Positions 16,426 to 25,128 of a stretch of DNA of 25,128 nt are shown piece after piece. This DNA comes from a virus (taxonomy: Duplodnaviria; Caudoviricetes), in the IMG/VR virus record IMGVR_UViG_3300030104_003757, positions 1 through 25,128 of that record; one strand, given 5' to 3'. The position numbers were made by a program, and so were the translations under genes. The notes under the pieces are model-generated. The model was not told the DNA's origin. It worked only from the letters and a program-made list of their open reading frames with translations, and ran no database searches. Position 1 is the stretch's first letter. Each line of letters starts with the position of its first letter.

Positions 16426-19152
16426 CTATGCTTTAGCAGTGGTAGAGAAGAAGCAAACAGTTGGATGCGTAAATATAACCGTACACATAGCATATTTCTT
16501 AACATCTACGTTACCATAATTACCATCATCTCCAGTATTTCGCATCGTCAATCCTGATCCTTGAGTAATAGTTTTATCTGAAGTCGCTGAGTTGATAATA
16601 GTAACAACATCTCCAGCAGCAAAAACATTATTTGGAACCGTACATCCATTATCACAAGTAATACATTTACCAGCGTCAGCCGCTACAAGTGTGTAAGAAG
16701 ACGTTTCATTTCTGGTTGGGACAGATCTTACATTACCTTTGCTGTCTGTAAAGGATGTTGCATATAGTGTTGAACCGTTCCAAGTAAGATCACTCGTTCC
16801 AGCAAACACATTAGAATTATTAAATTGAATATGTGTATTTGACCCACCAGGAGAAGTACCAGCAGTGGCCCAAGTTCCATCACCACGTAAGAAATTAGAA
16901 CTAGAAGCTGAACCTGATCCTAATCTGGCTGTTGCTACTGTACCAGATTGTAATTGAGAAGCGTTTAATGATTGTAAGTTTGAAGCGTTAATTGATGGAA
17001 GTGTTCCTGATAACGCACTTGCAGTTAAAGAAGTTAAGTTTGCACCATTACCGTGGAATTGATTAGCATAAACATTTACACCAGACAACGCATCACCAGA
17101 ACCTACGTTGCCTTGATGGATGATTTTATATTTAACAGCACCCATCGACCAACCACCAACAGATAGGCTATTGGAGTCAGCATCTAATCCAAAATAAAGT
17201 GCATAATCTGATCCAGTATGGAACGCCATAAATGCATCATTACCTGTAGCTGAGTTATAAATTTCTATACCACCCATACTACCTGTACCACTAGCCATGT
17301 CGTCATGGTTACTAGTAGCGTTTCCACTGAAAGTAATTCTTCCAGTAGAAGTATCAGCCGCATCTGCTCTTATGAAGCATCCATCATCAGCCCAAGTATT
17401 ATCACCTCTCAAATAAGTAGAAGATGATCTGGTTCCTGAACTACCAAGTCTTGCAGATGCTACTGTCCCAGAAGAAAGATTACTTGCGTTTAAAGAAGTT
17501 AAACTTGCACCTGATCCGCTAAATCCTCCATTCGCTGTTACCGTTGCACCAAAAGTCGCATCACCGTTTGAAGCAAGAGTTAAAGCCGTTGTATTTTCAT
17601 TAACTTTAAAAGTTGAAGTTCCTTTCGACTCAAAGTTTAAATTTCCAGCACTAGATCCGTAAGTTTTTAATTCTAAATTTCCCGTAGTGCATTTGTGCCA
17701 ACAATTTGATCCATCATGTTTTATAAAATAATCAGTATCTGAACCAAATTGAAGTTGAATATTGTCATTTAATTTTGTATTTCCAGTTAAAGTTCCACCT
17801 GCTAAAGGTAATTTGTTTGTTATTGCCGCATTTGAGGATGTTACATAACCAGCACCGTTAGTGATGGCATTGTTGTTCAAGGATATGTTTGCCGAACCAT
17901 TAAACGATACACCTGCAATAGTTCTTGCTGTTTGTAAAGTTGTAGCAGTAAGAGCGTTACCAGTACAAGATCCAGATGAACCAGATGTATTACCTGTTAC
18001 GTTACCTGTTAGATTACCTACAAATGGTACAGAATTATTAGCAGTAATTGCACTACTATCAATAGACATATATTGAGTCTCACCTGCAATAAATCTTAAT
18101 TGGTCACCATTATGATAATAAGCGATTCCACCCTGCTGACCATTATCAGTATCAGTAAAGTATATACCACCAGGATAAGCAGCAGCACATTGGAATGTCA
18201 TTCCAGCATAATTTCCACTACCATGACCTACAACTAAAGTATTTGCATTAGAATGTGCTGCAGTAGTTGAATTAATATACGTTGTATTATTTGATGAAGA
18301 ACTACCAAGTGTTGATGCACCAGTTACCGTTAAATTATCAGTAACTTCTACTGTTCCATTAGCAGAATCGAGTATTAGATTTCCAGTAGATGTATCAATC
18401 TCATTATCACCACTATAAGCCAGTCTAATATTATTGAAAGTTGATGCTGCAAAGTCACCAAGACCAGAAATGTTTACACCAGCATTAATATCTAAAGCAC
18501 CAGAAAATGTAGAGACACCAGCAACAACCATTCCACCAGAAGTTACTCTAACTCCACCTCTTGCAGTTACAAGTCCTACAGAATCTATATTAGATACATC
18601 TTCATATGTTAATGTACCACCTACACTTACATTACCTGTAAAGGTCGCATCAGCACCACTTATATTACCAGAAGCAGTAATTGCATTTATACCTGTAATA
18701 TTAGTTGAGTTATCACCAACAATATTTCCATTCGCATTTATATTTCCAGCAGCAGTTACATTACCAGCAGCAGTTATATTACCATCAGAAGTTACATTAC
18801 CATTAAAAGAAGCATTACCATTATCATAAATTGTCGAACCAGCACCTATAGGAGTATCTCCTCCAAGAACATTTATACCTGCTGCTTCTACTCCTACACT
18901 ATGAACATTCGTTGATCCTGTTTTAAAATTAGAAGCAGTTGCAATACCAGTAATAACAAGTCCAGTTGATGTTGCCTGAACTTTTGTAGTACCACCAACT
19001 TTCAATGATGAGGCATCAATGCCAGTTAAATTACCACCATCCCCACTAAAACTAGTAGCGGTTATAACTCCAGTAGCATTAACTCCATTAGGAAAACTAG
19101 GTGCACCTAACCCAGATTTATCCTTAATAGTATTTACATTAATCTGAGACAT
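16426..19152 (-). CDS. Long tail fibre protein
   Basis: GNVSVGGTLTYEDV, TARTIAGVSFNGSANI, LPLAGGTLTG, LRGD.TWA x2 and GNVRSVP...YTLVAADAGK fibre motifs. Confidence 0.85.
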   Translation of the reverse strand: MSQINVNTIKDKSGLGAPSFPNGVNATGVITATSFSGDGGNLTGIDASSLKVGGTTKVQATSTGLVITGIATASNFKTGSTNVHSVGVEAAGINVLGGDTPIGAGSTIYDNGNASFNGNVTSDGNITAAGNVTAAGNINANGNIVGDNSTNITGINAITASGNISGADATFTGNVSVGGTLTYEDVSNIDSVGLVTARGGVRVTSGGMVVAGVSTFSGALDINAGVNISGLGDFAASTFNNIRLAYSGDNEIDTSTGNLILDSANGTVEVTDNLTVTGASTLGSSSSNNTTYINSTTAAHSNANTLVVGHGSGNYAGMTFQCAAAYPGGIYFTDTDNGQQGGIAYYHNGDQLRFIAGETQYMSIDSSAITANNSVPFVGNLTGNVTGNTSGSSGSCTGNALTATTLQTARTIAGVSFNGSANISLNNNAITNGAGYVTSSNAAITNKLPLAGGTLTGNTKLNDNIQLQFGSDTDYFIKHDGSNCWHKCTTGNLELKTYGSSAGNLNFESKGTSTFKVNENTTALTLASNGDATFGATVTANGGFSGSGASLTSLNASNLSSGTVASARLGSSGTRSSSTYLRGDNTWADDGCFIRADAADTSTGRITFSGNATSNHDDMASGTGSMGGIEIYNSATGNDAFMAFHTGSDYALYFGLDADSNSLSVGGWSMGAVKYKIIHQGNVGSGDALSGVNVYANQFHGNGANLTSLTASALSGTLPSINASNLQSLNASQLQSGTVATARLGSGSASSSNFLRGDGTWATAGTSPGGSNTHIQFNNSNVFAGTSDLTWNGSTLYATSFTDSKGNVRSVPTRNETSSYTLVAADAGKCITCDNGCTVPNNVFAAGDVVTIINSATSDKTITQGSGLTMRNTGDDGNYGNVDVKKYAMCTVIFTHPTVCFFSTTAKA

Positions 19153-19173
19153 CGACTTCTATCTTTTTTCTAG

Positions 19174-19180
19174 TATTTAT
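19174..19180 (-). promoter_or_regulatory. Late promoter ATAAATA overlapping the upstream stop codon
   Basis: TAAATA core 21 nt upstream of the ATG at 19152. Confidence 0.6.
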
Positions 19181-19371
19181 GCATGTACATTATATAGGTC
19201 AAGATATAATTTTTTTCCTTCCCCAATAGTAACAATTCCATCATCAATAACAAGTAAAGATGATTCTACAACAATATTAGCATCTTCAACAACAACAGTA
19301 TCATCAAGATCTATAGAATGTATTACTCTTGCTACAGATAAATCAAAACTAGAGGATTCTATCTGATTCAT
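19177..19371 (-). CDS. Small virion-associated hypothetical protein, paralogous to the C-terminal domain of the upstream gene
   Basis: SIDLDDTV..ED.NIVV...DDG..VT.GEGKK...DLY shared with 19368-19805; ATGA coupling. Confidence 0.7.
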   Translation of the reverse strand: MNQIESSSFDLSVARVIHSIDLDDTVVVEDANIVVESSLLVIDDGIVTIGEGKKLYLDLYNVHA

Positions 19372-19805
19372 TCTCTTGTTGGTCCTTCGCTAACTACTTC
19401 ATAGAGATCAGCTATGACTTTCTTACCTTCACCAACTGTTACTGTAGATCCATCATCAACTACAATTGTAGATCCTCCTACAACAATATTAGAATCTTCA
19501 GCAGCAACAGTATCATCAAGATCTATAGACTGTGTTACTCTACCAATAGAAAGAATAAATGGTGATGCTGTTCCATTAGAATAATTAATTACAGTACCTG
19601 CACTAGATCCTCCTCCTCCACCACCAGCAATACTAATATCAACAGTAGTCCCATTAACTGCAAATGTATTACCAGTTCCTACAAAATTAAGTTGAGTAAT
19701 ACCAACTCCTACTTGGGAACTAGCAGATTGAATACCAACTGCTGATACGAATGTAGTGTTTATACCAGCATTTAAACCAACTGGTTCTATTTTTGTGAAT
19801 GCCAT
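19368..19805 (-). CDS. Short fibre-associated structural protein
   Basis: GIQSA...IT.LNFVG.GN......TVD.SIAGGGG module shared with 19829-21652. Confidence 0.75.
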   Translation of the reverse strand: MAFTKIEPVGLNAGINTTFVSAVGIQSASSQVGVGITQLNFVGTGNTFAVNGTTVDISIAGGGGGGSSAGTVINYSNGTASPFILSIGRVTQSIDLDDTVAAEDSNIVVGGSTIVVDDGSTVTVGEGKKVIADLYEVVSEGPTRE

Positions 19806-19825
19806 GCTTATATCTACTTAACTTT

Positions 19826-19832
19826 TATTTAT
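19826..19832 (-). promoter_or_regulatory. Late promoter ATAAATA overlapping the upstream stop
   Basis: TAAATA core 20 nt upstream of the ATG at 19805. Confidence 0.6.
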
Positions 19833-21652
19833 GAAAGATCATATATATCAAGGATAAAATCACCTGCTGCGATTGTTAAATCTACATTATCATTAACTTT
19901 TACCTCTTGATATTTAACGTAAGTTAAATCATCACCAGTTACAGGTTCAATCGTAGAATTTGTTTCTACAACACCCACATTTGCTATTGATAAAACATTC
20001 TTAAGAAATCCAGTTTCACCTACAGGATTTTCTCCAGATCCTCCACCACCTGCAATACTTACATCAACTGTATTACCATTAGCAGTGATTTGATTTCCAG
20101 CACCAACAAAATTAATCTGAGTTATACCCGTTCCTATTTGAGCACTAGCAGATTGAATACCTATTTGTGAAGCACCACTGAATGATGTTGCTGTTGCAAC
20201 TCCAGAAACATTTAAATTATCTAATTCAGTATGACCATCTACATCTAAATCACCACCTACATTCAAATTCTTAACAATACCAACACCACCGTCTACCTTT
20301 AACGCACCAGTGGTGGTGTTAGTTGATTGAGTAGTATCATCAATATCTACATCATTGGCTATGTCAACATAGTTAAATAGTGCATTAGCTCTATGAGAAA
20401 ATCCTATATTTGTTCCATCAATTGATCCATTATTAATATCAACATTTGCAAAGGTAGAGACACCAGATACATTAAGATTACCAGTACCTGAAATATCAAC
20501 ATTTGCAAAGGTAGAGACACCAGATACATTAAGATTACCAGTACCTGAAATATCAAAACCATTTAGATCTAAATTACCACCTAACTCTGGTGTAGTATCC
20601 TCTACAAGATTCTGTATTCCAGCACCAGCAACACTTATGTCTATTGTATTACCAGAAAGATCAAAAGTATTTCCAGCACCAACAAAATTTAATGTTCTTA
20701 CAGTACCAATACCAAGTCCACCTGATTGAATGGCAACAATAGGATCACTATCAACAATGGTAACAAGACCAGTTCTTCCTTGAAATCCTGTTACACCATA
20801 ATCCTTACCAGATGGTGCAGCATATCCAACATGTCTAACATTTATTTTAGCCCCAGATGATGGTGCTGCAGTAAAAGTTAAAATATTACCATCAACAGAA
20901 TAATCATTAGAATTACTTGCACCTATTGGTTGTTTAACAAGACCATCAATAGTTACTAATATAGCACTATTATCTGGAACAGTTTGAGAAAGTGTAAAAT
21001 CAACTGTTGCACCATCGCCAATAAAATTATCAATTTTATTATCATCTATATCAAAAGTCTTAACCGAATCCGCAATAATACTTCCCCAGAATGTAAATGT
21101 TGATTCTGGTGCCTCACTAAAAACAATAATATTACCTGGATTTACAAGAGTAAATCCATTAGGAGGTTCTATTCCAGTATTATAGGGTTGTTGTAGTACA
21201 CCATTAATAGAAATATTAAGTTGAGTTGCAGCAAGAACATTTGTATGCGTTGTTCCATCATTAAATGTTGCTTTAAATTTTTTATTTACACCATCAAAAG
21301 CAGCAGTAACTGAATGATTACCTGAGTTACCTAAACTTGATAAATTTATTGATGTACTAGTTAAAACATCTGCAGCACTTCCTGCTAATTTAATTCTATC
21401 GTTTCCATCTTTTATAATATAATATGCACTAGTATCTGCAAGTCCCCCAATATTATTACCTGCACCTTTACTATAAGTAATTCTCTGACCACTAACAAAT
21501 CTATGTGAAGGTATCTCGATACTATCATTAGCAATATCAACTATTAATGATGAAGATCCATCAAAAGTAGCAGTATAAGACTTTATATCATCAAGAACTT
21601 TAAAGTTACTTGTTGAATTACCTAGATAATGATCATTGCCGATATATGGCAT
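19829..21652 (-). CDS. Virion structural/tail-fibre-like protein
   Basis: MPYIG start, H.F..G..I.Y...G module, INGVLQ.P / IDG..KQP..Y...G..LTF..AP modules, D.TP.LGGNLDLNG and TGAL.V.GGVGI motifs. Confidence 0.8.
   Translation of the reverse strand: MPYIGNDHYLGNSTSNFKVLDDIKSYTATFDGSSSLIVDIANDSIEIPSHRFVSGQRITYSKGAGNNIGGLADTSAYYIIKDGNDRIKLAGSAADVLTSTSINLSSLGNSGNHSVTAAFDGVNKKFKATFNDGTTHTNVLAATQLNISINGVLQQPYNTGIEPPNGFTLVNPGNIIVFSEAPESTFTFWGSIIADSVKTFDIDDNKIDNFIGDGATVDFTLSQTVPDNSAILVTIDGLVKQPIGASNSNDYSVDGNILTFTAAPSSGAKINVRHVGYAAPSGKDYGVTGFQGRTGLVTIVDSDPIVAIQSGGLGIGTVRTLNFVGAGNTFDLSGNTIDISVAGAGIQNLVEDTTPELGGNLDLNGFDISGTGNLNVSGVSTFANVDISGTGNLNVSGVSTFANVDINNGSIDGTNIGFSHRANALFNYVDIANDVDIDDTTQSTNTTTGALKVDGGVGIVKNLNVGGDLDVDGHTELDNLNVSGVATATSFSGASQIGIQSASAQIGTGITQINFVGAGNQITANGNTVDVSIAGGGGSGENPVGETGFLKNVLSIANVGVVETNSTIEPVTGDDLTYVKYQEVKVNDNVDLTIAAGDFILDIYDLS
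20435..20556. repeat. Perfect 57-bp tandem duplication (about 2.1 copies) in the structural gene
   Basis: aatatcaacatttgcaaaggtagagacaccagatacattaagattaccagtacctga at 20435 and 20492; encodes DISGTGNLNVSGVSTFANV twice. Confidence 0.95.
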
Positions 21653-21676
21653 TTATTTAAAGACTATAGTTATTGT

Positions 21677-21684
21677 TATTTATA
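21677..21684 (-). promoter_or_regulatory. Perfect T4 late promoter TATAAATA
   Basis: Exact consensus 24 nt upstream of the ATG at 21652. Confidence 0.8.
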
Positions 21685-21699
21685 TTTAATCTCGGTTTC

Positions 21700-22047
21700 T
21701 TAAATCCAAGGCAATGCTTTATCTTCAGTTGTACGAGGACTATCCTGTGCAATCAAGTCATTAATTCTAACTATATTCTTTGCCTTAACCTTAGAAGTAG
21801 AAATACCTGCAGAAATCCAACCTTTAACAGTACTTTCAGTTAAATCTTCATATGCCACAAATCCAGAAGTAGAAGTAGTAATCCCAGATGTTGATACTAG
21901 GAAAGATTCATCACCCTCCCATTTATATTTTGAAGCATTAGAATCATCACTAGATAATATGTTAACTACCACCTTTCCAACAATATTATCATTATTGGCA
22001 GTAAGAACTTCCATTAATGTAATAGTTTCTGTATGTGTTATAGCCAT
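21700..22047 (-). CDS. Small tail-fibre-associated (assembly/chaperone-like) hypothetical protein
   Basis: F..YEDLTE.TV.GW and terminal LPW motif typical of proteins next to fibre genes; ATAAATA at 22069-22075 upstream. Confidence 0.7.
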   Translation of the reverse strand: MAITHTETITLMEVLTANNDNIVGKVVVNILSSDDSNASKYKWEGDESFLVSTSGITTSTSGFVAYEDLTESTVKGWISAGISTSKVKAKNIVRINDLIAQDSPRTTEDKALPWI

Positions 22048-22054
22048 AATTGTA

Positions 22055-23551
22055 TCAATCTATAAATTTATTTATTATAAGATGATCATCTATTATAACA
22101 TAATCCAATATTTTAACAGCATCAGATATTGTAGATAGTATAGGTTTACCTCTAGTATTGAATGATGTATTCAATAACACATTTGTATCAGAGATCTTAC
22201 CAAACTCAGTAAGTAACTCATAGAAATGTGAATGAGATTCTTCTGTCACAGTCTGAAGTCTTGCAGTACCATCTACGTGTGTAATGGATGGAAGAGTATC
22301 TACTTTAACCTTGACGGCAAAACTCATATACTCCATGTTCTCAAAGTCTCTCGACTCAAAGTACTTATGTGCATCTTCCTTCTTACAGAAAGGTGCAAAA
22401 GGTCTGTATGATTCCCTATGTTTGACTTTAGAGTTTAATATATCCTTCATCTCAGGAATACTAGGATCACATACAATAGAACGATTTCCTAATGCACGAG
22501 GACCAACTTCAGAATCCCCATAAATTAGTCCTATTATATTACCATCTTTTATTAATTTTGCAATATCTTTCTTAGTAACCTTCTTAGTATTATAATCCTT
22601 TAACTTATCTCTATCAAGTAATGGCAATCCATTATAAGTAACATTCACTCTTTCTTTTGGTTTCTGATAACAGAACATATGTCCCAATGACAATCCACCA
22701 TCGTGAGGATTTGGTGGAACATACACTTCTCTCTTATACCTATCCTTTATCTTCTCATTAATTAAAACATTCAATGCACATCCACCAGTAACTACCAGTG
22801 GTATCTGAGTATCATACTTATCCAATTCTTCAAATAATATATCCTCAAAGGTTTTCTGTATTGTTGATGCAACATTCTCACCAGCAGTTTTTTGAAAATA
22901 ACTACCACCTTTTATCATATCTGATATCTTCCCATCTTTTTCTATAAAAAACTGACGAAAATGTGGTAACATTTCTTCCCTTACAGTTCCATATCCAGCA
23001 AGTCCCATTAACTTACCAGGATAAGATCTTCTAGTTTTACTTCTTTCTGTAATCTGTTTAATTAAAGATGCACTTCTCCAATAACCCATACCCATATTAA
23101 TTGAAATCTTATTCAATAAAACAATACCATTAGAATCTCCTGAATAGAAATTAAAGTATTCACCTTCTCCACCACCATCATAAGATAATATCAAAGCTTC
23201 CTTATATGGTGACTGATAAAAGGCAGAGTATGCGTGTGTGTAATGATGATTAGTAAGTGTTAGATACTTATCAGACTTAAAGACACTTTCAATTAATGAC
23301 TTAGGTTTCTCCCATTGACCATTGATTAGAACACATTCATAATTATTCTCTATGCCCCAAAATTTAATAGCAATATCTTGACACTCTTTTAGTATTTCAA
23401 AAATCTCTTCATCTTTTAAATATACATCAGCAGTATAAAGTCCAATATATCTTTTCTTTACTAGTCTTTCAATTTCAATGATATGATAATCTCCATTAAA
23501 AAATGTAATATTTGCATCATGTCCACCAAATATACTAACTATGTTTTGCAT
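22055..23551 (-). CDS. Carbamoyltransferase, NodU/CmcH/TobZ family
   Basis: GHDA, ER..K.R, HHxxHA, DGGGE, GKLMGLAGYG, GGCALN, D.GLSLG, E.GPRALGNRS, K.RE.YRPFAP, HVDGTARLQTV and LLNTSFN motifs. Confidence 0.95.
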   Translation of the reverse strand: MQNIVSIFGGHDANITFFNGDYHIIEIERLVKKRYIGLYTADVYLKDEEIFEILKECQDIAIKFWGIENNYECVLINGQWEKPKSLIESVFKSDKYLTLTNHHYTHAYSAFYQSPYKEALILSYDGGGEGEYFNFYSGDSNGIVLLNKISINMGMGYWRSASLIKQITERSKTRRSYPGKLMGLAGYGTVREEMLPHFRQFFIEKDGKISDMIKGGSYFQKTAGENVASTIQKTFEDILFEELDKYDTQIPLVVTGGCALNVLINEKIKDRYKREVYVPPNPHDGGLSLGHMFCYQKPKERVNVTYNGLPLLDRDKLKDYNTKKVTKKDIAKLIKDGNIIGLIYGDSEVGPRALGNRSIVCDPSIPEMKDILNSKVKHRESYRPFAPFCKKEDAHKYFESRDFENMEYMSFAVKVKVDTLPSITHVDGTARLQTVTEESHSHFYELLTEFGKISDTNVLLNTSFNTRGKPILSTISDAVKILDYVIIDDHLIINKFID

Positions 23552-24251
23552 TATTAATCAACTTAGTTACATAATCAGTTCTTAAATTGGAAGATGATCC
23601 TTCTTTACCTGCTAACAGTTTTTCAAGTTCAATAAAAGTGTTAAAATCCAATGTCACATTACAATATACCCTAAATCCAATACTTAATCTATCACACTCA
23701 CTACCAACACAATGCCAAAGATGTGGTGGTCTATCAGGTATATTAAATTGTCTTACAGTGAGTCCTTTATCATCATAATCTGTAATAATCTCATCCTTTT
23801 CATAATCATAATATCTAAAAAATGATTTCTTATCTTCACTTGCCCAAGTGATATAAAATCTTTCACAAGGAGCATCACAATTAGTATGCCATCCCATAAA
23901 TCCTGTTGGTGGATAATAAAATTGACCACTTACAACAATTTCACCCTTGTACTTATCTTTTATCATCTTTCTTATCTTTCCAATATCATTAGATAATCTT
24001 TGCCCTCCTACATCTCCTTCTACATGATTCAGATTTCTAGTTCTACCTTTATCTAATGAATGTTTTCGACTATAGACTTTCATTAAAGAATCTCTACCTA
24101 TTTCATCCTTCCATTCAGGGATCGTTTTAACAGTTTTTTTAACATCATTCTGCCACATTAGATGTGCCTTAATATCCTTATAATTTCTTTCTAATAAACG
24201 ACAGAACTCTTTATTCATATCATCACTGAAGGGATTTCTAATAACTCTCAT
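23535..24251 (-). CDS. Cupin/2OG-Fe(II) oxygenase-like (double-stranded beta-helix) protein
   Basis: YYPPTGFMGWHTN ... LWHCV...DRLSIGF has the H-x-[D/N]...H...R-x-S spacing. Confidence 0.6.
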   Translation of the reverse strand: MRVIRNPFSDDMNKEFCRLLERNYKDIKAHLMWQNDVKKTVKTIPEWKDEIGRDSLMKVYSRKHSLDKGRTRNLNHVEGDVGGQRLSNDIGKIRKMIKDKYKGEIVVSGQFYYPPTGFMGWHTNCDAPCERFYITWASEDKKSFFRYYDYEKDEIITDYDDKGLTVRQFNIPDRPPHLWHCVGSECDRLSIGFRVYCNVTLDFNTFIELEKLLAGKEGSSSNLRTDYVTKLINNAKHS

Positions 24252-24273
24252 AATAAAAATTTAAATTTAAATA

Positions 24274-25128
24274 CTATCCACCAAGTTCTAATATAATTAT
24301 AGCACCACCTTGACCAGCAGTATGTCCCACACTACATCCACCATCATCTCCAAAATCATCGTCAGTATGCCTAGAACCTATACCACCTTGTCCATATTTA
24401 CCCCAGAAAGGAGCAGCAGTAGCAGTAGCAGTTCCTCCTGCTGCTCCAGGTAGATCACCCGATCCACCCGATCCACCAGAACCATTACCATAAGCACTTC
24501 CTGATCCACCGCCTCCTCCACCTGCAGTACTTCCACCAAAGCTAGTATTTCCACCACTACTACCATTCTGAATGGTATCATCACAACTACCACCAGAACT
24601 GTTAATTGCTCCACCACTACCAACAGAATATGAGATATTAGTTGCTCCACTTGTGTTCTGTGTATGGAATTTTACACCACCAGAACCACCAGAACCACCT
24701 GCACCCTGTACTGCACCATCATCATAATCAGCAGCTTGGTAACGAGAATTTCCTCCTCCTCCACCACCACCGACCATAACGGCTACAACAGTTTTACACC
24801 AAGATTGAGTGGTATGTGTACCAGATCCTGATGTCCTAACAGTAATCTTACTATTTCCTGCTGTAGCACCTGGAGGTCCAGGATTTCCTTGGTTTCCTTG
24901 ATTACCCTGATTACCTGGAGTTCCTGGATTACCTTGGTTACCCTGATTTCCTTGATTACCATCATTACCATCATTACCATCATTACCAGGATTACCTTGA
25001 TTGCCAGGATTTCCTGGAGTTCCTGGATTACCTTGGTTACCCTGATTTCCCTGATTTCCTTGATTACCATCATTACCAGGAGTACCATCATTACCATCAT
25101 TACCAGGAGTGCCAGGAGTACCAGCATT
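24274..25128 (-). CDS. Collagen-like tail fibre (5'-truncated by the window) with a C-terminal glycine-rich domain
   Basis: The frame of the 24777 ATG stays open to 25128: (GTP/GND/GNQ/GNP)n, then TSGSGTHT...VMVGGGGGGG...GGAIIILELG. Confidence 0.88.
   Translation of the reverse strand, partial: NAGTPGTPGNDGNDGTPGNDGNQGNQGNQGNQGNPGTPGNPGNQGNPGNDGNDGNDGNQGNQGNQGNPGTPGNQGNQGNQGNPGPPGATAGNSKITVRTSGSGTHTTQSWCKTVVAVMVGGGGGGGNSRYQAADYDDGAVQGAGGSGGSGGVKFHTQNTSGATNISYSVGSGGAINSSGGSCDDTIQNGSSGGNTSFGGSTAGGGGGGSGSAYGNGSGGSGGSGDLPGAAGGTATATAAPFWGKYGQGGIGSRHTDDDFGDDGGCSVGHTAGQGGAIIILELGG
24868..25122 (-). repeat. Collagen Gly-X-Y 9-bp coding repeats
   Basis: Runs of GGTAATGAT, GGAAATCAG, GGTAATCCA and GGAACTCCA, with larger duplicated blocks. 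Confidence 0.92.

Noticed and set aside
10738-18829. Short ORFs 10738-11079, 11724-12041, 12110-12331, 12306-12533, 15126-15368, 16041-16286, 17861-18076 and 18434-18829
   Set aside because: Antisense or off-frame shadows of Gly/Thr/Ser-rich fibre genes.
10041-21652. Diversity-generating retroelement or invertase shufflon acting on the fibre genes
   Set aside because: No reverse transcriptase or recombinase, no TR/VR pair with adenine-specific mismatches noticed, and all cassettes are co-oriented.
22284-23778. + strand ORFs 22284-22523 and 23587-23778
   Set aside because: Antisense to the carbamoyltransferase and oxygenase-like genes.
24868-25122. CRISPR-like or non-coding tandem array
   Set aside because: 9-bp periodicity without unique spacers, fully explained by Gly-X-Y codons.
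24378-25127. ORFs 24378-24650 and 24783-25127 (hydrophobic MLVLL.../VMMVMM)
   Set aside because: Off-frame readings of the Gly-rich and collagen repeats; the real frame is continuous from 25128 to 24274.

Overview
AT-rich 25 kb segment of a T4-like marine cyanomyophage (Prochlorococcus/Synechococcus phage type). From left to right: (1) a + strand late cluster: gp4 head completion, gp2-like, gp48, gp53. (2) A convergent - strand replication/transcription cluster: thyX, phoH, PD-(D/E)XK exonuclease, gp33, gp59, DUF1825-like, gp32. (3) A 600-bp gap in the ORF track (7814-8413) that is really a complete transcription unit: sigma70 promoter, tandem glutamine-riboswitch-like aptamers, a DUF4278-type peptide gene and a terminator. 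The second aptamer carries a 57-codon ORF that starts in its P2 stem, fills the P2 loop and ends in the conserved 3' half. (4) Glutaredoxin and conserved hypotheticals. (5) A ~15 kb hypervariable late region of modular tail-fibre/adhesin genes, with a carbamoyltransferase and a cupin/oxygenase-like gene directly behind a collagen-like fibre gene. All calls come from motif recognition by eye; no database search or folding was run.
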